DNA of 19,159 nt, taken from Pirellulales bacterium. GTDB lineage: Bacteria > Planctomycetota > Planctomycetia > Pirellulales > Thermoguttaceae. The notes beneath the pieces were generated by a model. The model saw nothing but the letters and a program-made list of their open reading frames with translations. It had not been told where the DNA came from and did not search any database. Numbering within the stretch: the stretch's first letter is position 1; every line of letters begins with the position of its first letter. Shown one piece after another: positions 1 to 8,600 of the stretch. The position numbers and the translations under genes were made by a program. The stretch lies in contig JAFGPV010000015.1 in the NCBI GenBank assembly GCA_016936015.1, positions 1 to 19,159 on the forward strand, read 5' to 3'.

Positions 1-240
1 ACCGCGCCAAACCACCACCGGAAAACAACATGGATGTCATGTTAACTACCGAGAAAATAACAACTTAAAAACTGGACTGTCTCTGAAGCACGGGCCTATT
101 ACCACTAAAGCGGACAAGGATCGTAAACGATCCTGGAAACAGGGCCAAAGGACTTTTTTACACCCCAAACTGGCGAAACCTGGAGGGCTGTGATAGGTTA
201 AATAGGTTAGCAGCGGCTCGGATAACAATTGGCCAAATCG

Positions 241-305
241 TTTCAGGAGGACAGGCATTACTGCCTGTCGTTTTCAGACAGACAAGAATGTCTGTCCTCC
301 TGAAA
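241..305 (+). promoter_or_regulatory. Nested, mutually exclusive hairpin set upstream of the RidA-like gene (attenuator or riboswitch-like leader)
   Basis: Perfect 14-bp inverted repeat TTTCAGGAGGACAG (241-254) / CTGTCCTCCTGAAA (292-305) encloses two alternative hairpins, GACAGGC-ATTACT-GCCTGTC followed by GTTTTC, and GACAGAC-AAGAA-TGTCTGTC. The GACAG/CTGTC units occur four times, so pairings 1:2+3:4 and 1:4 compete. Lies 50 nt upstream of the ATG at 353. Confidence 0.3.
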
Positions 306-352
306 ATTGCGCAAGTTATCTTTAACAGTCCCTTCGTCACCCGGTATGTGAG

Positions 353-1687
353 ATGATCCGCAGGGAAACCAGGACCGGCATTGAGTATTCGGCCGTCGAA
401 TTGGGCGGAGCGCGGCACGTCTTTGCCGCCGCGGCTGCCCAACGGGACGGAACCTTCTACCAACAAGCCCGGGACGTCTTGGAGGGCGTGGAGAAGATGC
501 TCCGCGAGGAGGAGCTGCCCGGGTCGATCGTCATGCAGACGGTTTTCCTGGGCGATCCGGCCGATCGGGACGAGTGTCGGCGGATGATGGGCGATTTTCA
601 CGGCGCGGAACTGCCGGCGACGGCCTACGTTCTCCAGCCGCCCGGCGACGGAAAACGGCTGGCGCTGGAGGCTTGGAGCGTGGTACCCGGCCGGGGAAAG
701 GTCGAGATCGAGCGCGGCGGCGAGGAGTTGGCCGTCACCCGGCACGACGGGATCACCTGGATTCATCTGGCCCATCACCATCCCGGTTCTGCCGCGGAAC
801 CGCTCTACGATTCCGCGCTTTCCGCCTTTCAATCCGTCAGCGATCGGCTGACGGGGGCCGGTTTCGGCTTCGGTGACGTGGTTCGCACGTGGTGTTACCT
901 GGGCAATATCACAGCGGCGGAGGGCCCAACGCCGCGGTATCAACAGTTCAACCGGGCGCGGAGCGAGTATTATCAAGACGTACAGTTTGCCGCCGGCCTG
1001 CTTCCACAGGATTGCAAACAAGTCATGTATCCCGCCAGTTCGGGCGTTGGCGCCCGCGGCGGCGACCTGACCATCAGTTGCACTGCCCTGCGGACCGACC
1101 GCTCGGACGTGGCCCTCTTGCCACTGGAAAATCCCCGGCAGACCTCGGCCCATCAGTACGACTGCTCGTTCGGAGCGGAGAGTCCCAAGTTCGCCCGGGC
1201 CGTGGCAGTTACTCTCCCCTCTCCCATTGGGAGAGGGGCAAGGGGTGAGGGCGAAAAGGGGAATATGTCCAACTTTATAAACTCATTGGACTCCATCTCA
1301 ACAAGCATCCCTCACCCTAGCCCTCTCCCGGAGGGAGAGGGGAGTTACACGCTCATCTTCATCTCCGGCACCGCGAGCATCGTCACCTCGCAGTCACGGC
1401 ACCTCGACCAAGTGGAGCGGCAGACGCAGGAGACGTTCGACAATATCGAGGCGCTCATTTCGCCCGAGAACTTCTGCCGCAGCGGGTGTCCCGACCTTGG
1501 GGCGACCCTCGGCGACTTAGCCTTGGCCAGGGTATACCTCAAGCGTCCTGAAGATTACCCCAAAGTGCAAGCCCTCTGCCGGGAGCGGCTGGGCGCGTTG
1601 CCCGTGATCTACGCCATTTGCGACCTCTGCCGGCCGGAACTGCTGGTCGAGATCGAGGCGCTCGCCTTCGTGCGCCGGCGAGGTTAA
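353..1687 (+). CDS. Tandem RidA/YjgF (endoribonuclease L-PSP)-like domain protein, possibly a chorismatase FkbO/Hyg5/XanB2-like enzyme, carrying a 45-aa in-frame insertion
   Basis: 444-aa ORF. The C-terminal part (FARAVAV...[insert]...YTLIFISGTASI...RVYL...LCRPELLVEIEALAFV) follows the RidA pattern (PYSQAV..., SGQ, V..TVYL, PARS.VEV..LP.GA.VEIEAIA). The N-terminal half repeats the same pattern (MQTVFLGD...LPATAYVLQPP...LALEAW). The ISGTASI-type motif is reminiscent of the chorismatase subfamily. It is directly followed (8 nt) by the next gene. Confidence 0.65.
   Translation: MIRRETRTGIEYSAVELGGARHVFAAAAAQRDGTFYQQARDVLEGVEKMLREEELPGSIVMQTVFLGDPADRDECRRMMGDFHGAELPATAYVLQPPGDGKRLALEAWSVVPGRGKVEIERGGEELAVTRHDGITWIHLAHHHPGSAAEPLYDSALSAFQSVSDRLTGAGFGFGDVVRTWCYLGNITAAEGPTPRYQQFNRARSEYYQDVQFAAGLLPQDCKQVMYPASSGVGARGGDLTISCTALRTDRSDVALLPLENPRQTSAHQYDCSFGAESPKFARAVAVTLPSPIGRGARGEGEKGNMSNFINSLDSISTSIPHPSPLPEGEGSYTLIFISGTASIVTSQSRHLDQVERQTQETFDNIEALISPENFCRSGCPDLGATLGDLALARVYLKRPEDYPKVQALCRERLGALPVIYAICDLCRPELLVEIEALAFVRRRG
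1212..1344. repeat. MITE-like palindromic element with heptamer-periodic GC-rich inverted arms and an AT-rich core, inserted in-frame in the RidA-like CDS
   Basis: Left arm ctctcccctctccc att gggagagggg caa ggggtgaggg cgaaaagggg; AT-rich core aatatgtccaactttataaactcattggactccatctcaacaagc; right arm atccctcaccc tag ccctctcccggagggagaggg. Each arm is a small perfect hairpin, and there is inner complementarity ggggtgaggg/ccctcacccc. AGTTAC occurs on both flanks (1207-1212 and 1343-1348). Translated it gives TLPSPIGRGARGEGEKGNMSNFINSLDSISTSIPHPSPLPEGEGS, which sits where RidA proteins have only 4-6 loop residues. Confidence 0.5.
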
Positions 1688-1694
1688 TAGAACG

Positions 1695-3260
1695 ATGAAG
1701 ACCTCCTTGGTTTTAACGGCGATCTTGACGGTGCTCCCGGCCGGAGCCGGCTGGGCGAGGGAGCCGATTACGCCGTTTGAGAGCGCCGCCGATCTGACGC
1801 CCCGGACGGAAATCGACAAGTTGGTCTTCGCCCGGCTGAAGCGGCTCCAGATTCCGCCGGCCCCGCTCTGCTCCGACGCGGTCTTCGTCCGCCGCGTCTA
1901 TCTGGACGCGATCGGCACGCTGCCGACCGCCGAGGAAGCGCGGCAATTTCTGCGGGATGACGATCCCCGGAAACGTGGCAAGCTGATCGACCGGCTGTTG
2001 GAACGTGAGGAATTTGCCGACTACTGGGCGATGAAGTGGTGCGATCTCCTGCGGGTCAAGTCCGAATTCCCTATCAACTTATGGCCCAACGCGGTGCAGA
2101 CCTATCACCGTTGGATCCGGACGTGCCTCCAAGAGAATCTGCCCTACGACCAATTCGTCCGGCGGATGCTCACGGCCAGCGGCAGCAATTTCCGCGTGCC
2201 GGAAGTGAACTTCTATCGCGCCCTGCAAAGTCGCGAGCCGCCGGCCGTCGCCCAGGCCGCGGCGCTCAGTTTCATGGGCGTTCGGGCGGAAGGCTGGCCG
2301 AAGCAGCGCTGGTCGGAGATAGCGGTCTTTTTCTCGCGGATCGGATACAAGTCCACCCTCGAATGGAAGGAAGAGATCGTCTACTTCGATCCGGAAAAGA
2401 AGGTTGATGCATCGGGAAAGCTCGTTTTTCCTGACGGCACCCCGGCCCGGCTGCCGTCGGATCGGGATCCGAGAGAAGTCTTTGCGGACTGGCTGATTTC
2501 GTCCAAAAATCCCTGGTTCGCGCGGAACGCTGTCAACCGCGTCTGGTACTGGCTGCTCGGTCGGGGAATCATCCACGAGCCGGACGACGTCCGGCCTGAC
2601 AATCCGGCCGTCAATCCCGAGCTGCTGGCCTACCTGGAGCGGGAGCTGGTCGCCGCCCGTTACGACCTGAAGCGCGTGTATCGGTTGATCCTCAACTCGA
2701 AGACCTACCAGCTCTCCTCGATCCCCGAAAGCGACGATCCCCGCGCCGCCGCCAATTTTGCGCATTATCCGCTCCGCCGGCTCGAGGCGGAGGTGCTGAT
2801 CGACGCGCTGTGCCAGATCACCGGGACGACCGAGAAGTATTCCAGCGCCATTCCGGAGCCGTTTACCTACATTCCCGAGGACCAGCGTTCGATCGCCCTG
2901 GCGGACGGCAGCATTACCAGTTCGTTCCTGGAAATGTTCGGCCGGCCGGCTCGGGACACCGGTCTGCTGTCGGAGCGGAACGATCGCCCTTCGGCCGCCC
3001 AGCGGCTGCACCTACTGAATTCGAGCCACGTCCAACGCAAAATCGAATTCAGCCCCAAGCTCCAGGCATTACGACGATCCCGGCGCAGGCCGCGGGAGAT
3101 CATAGACGAGCTGTACCTGACGATCCTCTCCCGCTACCCGACGGACGAGGAGTTGAAGACCATCCGCGAATACGCCCAATCGGGTGATCGGAACCGCCGC
3201 GTCGGAGTGGACGTGGTTTGGGCCGTGATTAACAGCGCGGAGTTCCTGTATCGGCATTAG
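1695..3260 (+). CDS. DUF1549/DUF1553 (PSCyt2 + PSD1) domain secreted protein, planctomycete type
   Basis: 521-aa ORF with an N-terminal signal peptide (MKTSLVLTAILTVLPAGAGWA). DUF1549-type motifs FVRRVYLDAIGTLPTAEEARQFL and ADYWAMKWCDLLRV. DUF1553-type C-terminus ...RNRRVGVDVVWAVINSAEFLYRH. Confidence 0.8.
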   Translation: MKTSLVLTAILTVLPAGAGWAREPITPFESAADLTPRTEIDKLVFARLKRLQIPPAPLCSDAVFVRRVYLDAIGTLPTAEEARQFLRDDDPRKRGKLIDRLLEREEFADYWAMKWCDLLRVKSEFPINLWPNAVQTYHRWIRTCLQENLPYDQFVRRMLTASGSNFRVPEVNFYRALQSREPPAVAQAAALSFMGVRAEGWPKQRWSEIAVFFSRIGYKSTLEWKEEIVYFDPEKKVDASGKLVFPDGTPARLPSDRDPREVFADWLISSKNPWFARNAVNRVWYWLLGRGIIHEPDDVRPDNPAVNPELLAYLERELVAARYDLKRVYRLILNSKTYQLSSIPESDDPRAAANFAHYPLRRLEAEVLIDALCQITGTTEKYSSAIPEPFTYIPEDQRSIALADGSITSSFLEMFGRPARDTGLLSERNDRPSAAQRLHLLNSSHVQRKIEFSPKLQALRRSRRRPREIIDELYLTILSRYPTDEELKTIREYAQSGDRNRRVGVDVVWAVINSAEFLYRH

Positions 3261-4000
3261 GCCTCGTTGACATTCACATCTTGGACCATCCCTCCCCAGC
3301 CGCTCAAGATCGACGTGAAAAACCAACCCGGCTCAAAACTCCTCTTGCAAATGGGCCACTCCGCCTGTATAATGCACATTAGTTCACTCTCGCTCCTTGG
3401 CAATCCGATCCGAACACCCGGCCTTGGCGTGGAAAATAGGCGCCGACCCTCAACCACTCGGTTTGAAACTCCCGTTTCGGACCGATAAGAAACGATTCCC
3501 ATAAAAAACGTGGAAAAAACGAATTTTGTTGAGCAACACTTTACCCCGAAAGAACCAATTTCAATAAAAAACCACCCGACTGGGGACCCGACCGTGCATT
3601 TTTCGACTTTTGATGACCAACTGAGAAATCCCGGGTGCCCGCGATCGCTCCGCGATCGGGGCGGCCATGCCGCAAGAGATCATGGACCTGTTTTTTTGCA
3701 CCGTCCGAAACACCCCTTTCAGCACACCCCTGACGCACCTCAGGAATACTTGTGTTGAACAATTCGCTGAAGACACGGTAAAACACGGTTCACAAAACCC
3801 CACATTGTGCAAATAATCGAAAAAGAGGCGATTTATGGAAAATGCCATTCGCCGACTTTCAGAAACATCGTAAAAACACGGCTCTCTCGAACCACGGAGA
3901 AAAGTGAAATTATTCCCCGGAGGAAAATAATTTAGCGCGTCGTGCAGGTGGAATGTCAACACGTCCTTGTAGCAGGCACTCTCCCTGGAGGGAATGTTTC

Positions 4001-5347
4001 ATGCAATCCAACGACAAAACGGCGTCCTCGCGTTTGACGCGGCGGGAGGCCATCGGCCGCGGACTCTGCGGCGCGGCCGGATTGCTGCTGGCTGGCGGCT
4101 GGGAATCCCGCGCTTCGGCCGCCGCGCAACCGGTCAAGGCCAAGGCCCGGTCGGTCATCCAAATTTGGATGTGGGGCGGGCCGGCCCATCTGGATACCTT
4201 CGATCCCAAGCCCGCGGCGGGCTACGACTACTGCGGACCCTTCAGCAAGCCGATCCCCACCAACGTTCCCGGAATCACCATTGGCGAAATGCTCCCCCTG
4301 CTGGCCAAGCAGGCCGACAAGTATTCCATCATCCGCAGCATGACCCACGGCATCAACGCCCACGAAACGGCCGCCTACATCGTCCAGACCGGCCGGCCGC
4401 CGGGAGGCAGGCTGGTCTATCCGTCCGTCGGGGCCGTGGTTTCGCTGCTTAAGGGCTACGACGCCGGCTACCGCGGACTGATTCCCCCTTATATCGTCCT
4501 GACCGAACCTCAGGGCCGGTTCTCCGAGTCGGGATTCCTGGGCATCCGCTATAAACCCTTCGCCACGGGCGGCGATCCCGCCCAGGCCCGGTTCGTCGTC
4601 GAAGGCGTCGTCGCCCAGGGCGTCTCCGATGGGCAGCAGCGCAACCGCCGCGAACTGCTCCACAAGCTAAACACCCTCGGCAACGCCCTGAAGGACGATC
4701 CTGCCCTAAAGGCCCTGGACCAGGCCGAGCAGCAAGCCTACGACCTGATCCTCGGCGACGCGGGCAAGGTCTTCGACCTGGCCCGGGAGAAAGACGAGCT
4801 GCGAGAGCGCTACGGTCGGAACACCTTCGGGCAGTCCTGTCTCATGGCCCGCCGGCTGGTCGAACACGGCGTCCCGTTCGTGACGATCAATTACAAAGGT
4901 TGGGACACCCACAAGCAACATTTTCAGGCCATGCGCCGCAAGCTGCCCGAGATGGACAAGGGCCTGGCCGCCCTGCTGACGGACCTTGCGGACCGCGGAC
5001 TTTTAAGCGGCACCGTCGTCTGGTGGAGCGGCGAGTTCGGCCGCACGCCCCGGATCCAGTGGGAAGAGCCGTGGAACGGCGGCCGCGGCCACTACGGCCC
5101 GGTCTTCTCCGCGGTCGTCGCCGGCGGCGGATTCCAGGGCGGCCGCGTCGTCGGCGCCTCCGACGCCAAAGGCGAAACCGTCCAGGACCGGCCCGTCTAT
5201 CCCTGCGACCTGATCGCCGCCATCTACGAACTGCTCGGCATCGGCCCGGCCCATAAACTCCCCAATCCCGAAGGCCTCCCGCTGACGGCCGCTCCCGCCG
5301 CCGCCGAAGGCGTCCCCTCCGGCGGCCGCCTGAAAGAAATCTTGTAG
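4001..5347 (+). CDS. DUF1501 domain protein (sulfatase/alkaline-phosphatase-like fold) with a Tat signal
   Basis: ORF 3953-5347. The more likely start is the ATG at 4001, preceded by GGAGGG 8 nt upstream. It gives MQSNDKTASSRLTRREAIGRGLCGAAGLLLAGG, a twin-arginine signal. Body motifs typical of DUF1501 (IQIWMWGGPAHLDTFDPKP, GWDTH, WWSGEFGRTPR). Classic partner of DUF1549/DUF1553 proteins in Planctomycetes. Confidence 0.8.
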   Translation: MQSNDKTASSRLTRREAIGRGLCGAAGLLLAGGWESRASAAAQPVKAKARSVIQIWMWGGPAHLDTFDPKPAAGYDYCGPFSKPIPTNVPGITIGEMLPLLAKQADKYSIIRSMTHGINAHETAAYIVQTGRPPGGRLVYPSVGAVVSLLKGYDAGYRGLIPPYIVLTEPQGRFSESGFLGIRYKPFATGGDPAQARFVVEGVVAQGVSDGQQRNRRELLHKLNTLGNALKDDPALKALDQAEQQAYDLILGDAGKVFDLAREKDELRERYGRNTFGQSCLMARRLVEHGVPFVTINYKGWDTHKQHFQAMRRKLPEMDKGLAALLTDLADRGLLSGTVVWWSGEFGRTPRIQWEEPWNGGRGHYGPVFSAVVAGGGFQGGRVVGASDAKGETVQDRPVYPCDLIAAIYELLGIGPAHKLPNPEGLPLTAAPAAAEGVPSGGRLKEIL

Positions 5348-5610
5348 AAGTTGACGCTGTCAGCTCTTTCTCTCGTTTGCTTTTCTCCACACGGAGAGGA
5401 GAACTTTTCGCCGTGTGCGGCTGCGACAATTGATAGAGCCGATTTAATCGTTTTCCTTTAAAAAAACCGTCTCCGAGGCGGGAGGTGACATAAACTTAAA
5501 ATAGGATGATAGCATATAAAAACAGTCTCCGATTCCCACTCCGTGCCTGCACGAAAAGGCCAGTCTAAGAGGGAAGTATTTCCGTCAAGAAATCTTAGAA
5601 GAGGGTGCCC

Positions 5611-8600
5611 ATGTCTCGCAGCATTCTGAAAAAGTGGCGGCATTGTTCCTGCAAAACATCACATTCCAAGAAAAGGCCGCTTTGCGTGGAACTTCTCGAA
5701 CCAAGGATTGCGCTAAGCGGCGAGGGAGTAGTCGAATTGGCGGCGTCGCCCGGGGCGCCCGCCTGGGTTATCGAACCCTACGCCCTGAGCGACACGTCGA
5801 TCAGCATGACGGTTCAACAACAAAGCGGACTGGAATATTACTTCCACAATGTGACGGACACGAGTCACGACAGCGGATGGATTACCGGCGCCGCCGACCT
5901 GAACTACGTCACCTATGTGGACCAGAATCTGACGGCGGACGCGCCCTACAGATACGAGGTAAAGGCCCGCGACCCGAGCAGTCCTCTGTTGGAAAGCGCC
6001 TATTCGAGCGTAGGGCAGGTCAGCACAATGAACACGATGGCGGCGGCGGTCCAGCACCTGGCCAACCAGATCCGCGCCGTCGAGACGTTTTCAAATCCCG
6101 AAAATCCGGGTCAGATCACGGGCCAGCTTGTGAAGAACGGGTACCCGAATCCCCAAGCGATCAATAATAATACGACCTGCGAAAAATCGGGCACCAACGG
6201 CCTGAGCGCCTACCCGGGGGACGGCCGCAACACACCCGGCGCCTTCCAGGTCGATCTGGCCAACATGGGCCAGGTCGATCCGAACAACCCGGTGATCGAG
6301 TCGTTCGGCCAATGGAAGGGGACTGCCGCCTCCGCCAAGACCGCCAGCATGTATGACACACAGATTGCGCTGAGCAAGCAAACGCTCCATGATTATTTCC
6401 ACCTGGAGGTCGATGCCGCCGGGCTGATAACCCACATCGAGGCCCCGGCCGCCTCCGTCTTCCTGCACGACGACGCGTTGGCTACATCGACGACCTGGAA
6501 CCCGGACGGCAATCCGCTGGTCGGCCTCCACATCGACAACTTTCAGCCGGAGCAACTGTCGCTCTACCTGGCCGGCCGGGACCCTGACGACGGCATCACG
6601 GGCGTGACCGATACGCGGACCAGCCCGGCCGCGGTGATGCACGACGCGGAAGCGCTCCAGGATCAAGTCTCGAAAAGTTTCATGTGGGCGACCTATCAGA
6701 AGTACCTGACGCACGATTCCTACAAAGCCACGTTCGCCAAGGTTGTGAACCTCTACGGCGCCACGTTGGAGATCACCTCCTCGCAAAAGGCGAACATCTT
6801 CGGCATCAATCAGGGAGACATGTTCAAGTGCCGGCTCACGCCGGCCTTCGTCCTGGGCGGGGCCTACGTCTCGGGCGAGGGAAACATGTTCAACCTGCTC
6901 ACGGCGCTGGTGCAGGCGGATGACACGGGCGCCGGCACATGGTCGATCAACGGCGAGACGATCACTTTCCAGCGGAAAGGCACCGGCACTTCGGCCCAGG
7001 ATAAAGTCTTCACCGTCGACAAGACGCCGATGAACAACGCCGAAACCTATCCGTCGATCTTCCACTACGGGGCCGTCCTGTCGCCGTACGGCATGGTGGA
7101 TTATAAGGCCGATCCGACGCAGTTCAATCCCGCCGACTTGATCGAGATCAGCGAGAATAACAAAACGACGGCGTGGGGCGTCACGGGCAGGACTATCAAG
7201 AATGGACTGGGCTACGAGCGATTGACATACATCCAGACCGTCTCAGAAACGCAGGTATTAACCGAAGGCGGACGCTATAACTATTTGGATCTCGAACAGG
7301 GGAAGCTGACGCTGACGGGCAAGGGCGATTTCGTGATCATGCCGGCGGTGTTCCCCAAGCTCACGACGGCCGGATACATGAAACCGTCGAACAACAGCCA
7401 GACCATCGCCAAAGACCAGACCATCGACGTCTCGAATTTCTTCAATACGAAGCTTCTGAACAACAACGAAGAACTTTTAAACAGCTCGTTCTACGTGTGG
7501 TGGGACAAGGACCAGCAATCGCACGTTGTCCGGGTGAACGATCCCAGTTTCGATTTTTCCCAAGTTGACAACGGCCTTTTCCTCTATATCGCGCCGGCCG
7601 CGCAAACCCCGGAGGGCCTCGAAGGCATGAAAGCGGCCATCAAAGATTGGGCGTTCGGCGGCGGGGGCACGACGTTCGAAAAATCCGCCCGGGTGATGCT
7701 GGCCACAAAGGACGTCTTCGGAAAGCCCGGATCGGCCGATGCATGGGCGGCACACTTCACCACCCAGCGCGCCGACGTGGGGACCGGCGAGATCGACGCC
7801 TCGATGACGGAAGGAAAAGTGCTGATCGTGCTGGACGGCACGATCACCACCGTCAAGCTCGGCTCGGGCTGCAACATCGTGCTCACCTCGACGCAAAACA
7901 CCACCCAAAAGACCTTCGCGCTCAATCCCAATGCCAAGATCAGCCCTACGCTCGACATCCGGTCGGGGGATATCATCGACTGGAAACTGCTCCCCCAGGA
8001 CCTGACGTGGACGGCCGGCACGGCCCTAACGTACGACTGCCATACGGAAAGGCAGCCCAACCTCCGATACAGCTATTTTGCCGGATGGACCGGCACGGGA
8101 TCGGCAACCGCGACGTTCCAGGCCATCGTTCGCGCCAACGGGAACACGGGCACCAGCGATCCCGTGGAAATCGTCAACAACGCCCTGAAACCGTTGGGAG
8201 TAACCTTGAATCGGGCGTCGGCACAGGCGGAGCAAACCGGCGCCTCACTGCTCAACTACACGGTGGTGTTCAGCGAGGCAGTGTCCGATTTCACTGAGAA
8301 CGACGTGATTCTCAGCGGACCGCCGGAGACGATTGACGGGGCTCGCATCGTGGTCGCCAATCCCAGCGGAGACAAAATCACTTATTCCGTCGCCATCACG
8401 CTGAAGGACACCGCCGCCGCGGGAGTGATAATCGGCACGATCGGCGCCGGAGAGGTCCACGATCTCGAAGGATTCTCCAACCTTGCTTCAACCGGAACCT
8501 CGAATGTCAACTACATGCCCAACGCAATCACCGGTCAAGGCAACTCGAACGTCGGTCCGGCCTTGGCCGCTGCGACCCGGGGAGGCGAGCCCCTGCCGGG

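Noticed and set aside
158-1153. 331-aa minus-strand ORF overlapping the RidA-like gene
   Set aside because: Antisense shadow ORF typical of GC-rich DNA. Arg/Gly/Pro-rich and low-complexity. The plus-strand ORF has clear family motifs.
1207-1348. AGTTAC direct repeats as a bona fide target-site duplication of the in-ORF element
   Set aside because: The repeat spacing is 136 bp, not a multiple of 3, yet the ORF is in frame across the element. A 6-mer match can occur by chance. Treated as suggestive only.
3644-3651. GCGATCGC (cyanobacterial HIP1 octamer)
   Set aside because: Single occurrence plus one near copy, and no enrichment elsewhere in the window. Other gene content points to Planctomycetes, not cyanobacteria.
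3956-5429. Minus-strand ORFs (235 aa and 180 aa, the latter almost entirely Arg/Gly/Pro) antisense to the DUF1501 gene
   Set aside because: Composition artefacts of GC-rich antisense frames. No start context or domain resemblance.
5470-5535. Direct repeat GTCTCCGA x2 (55 bp apart) upstream of the giant gene, considered as an operator
   Set aside because: Only 8 nt, with no dyad symmetry or promoter context I could support.
5605-5610. GTG at 5605 as the start of the giant gene (as in the ORF track)
   Set aside because: An ATG two codons downstream (5611) has better spacing to AGAGGG. Either is possible, and the difference is immaterial to the annotation.
6091-7065. 324-aa minus-strand ORF inside the giant gene
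   Set aside because: Antisense shadow frame. The sense frame is continuous for 1300 aa with domain-like content.
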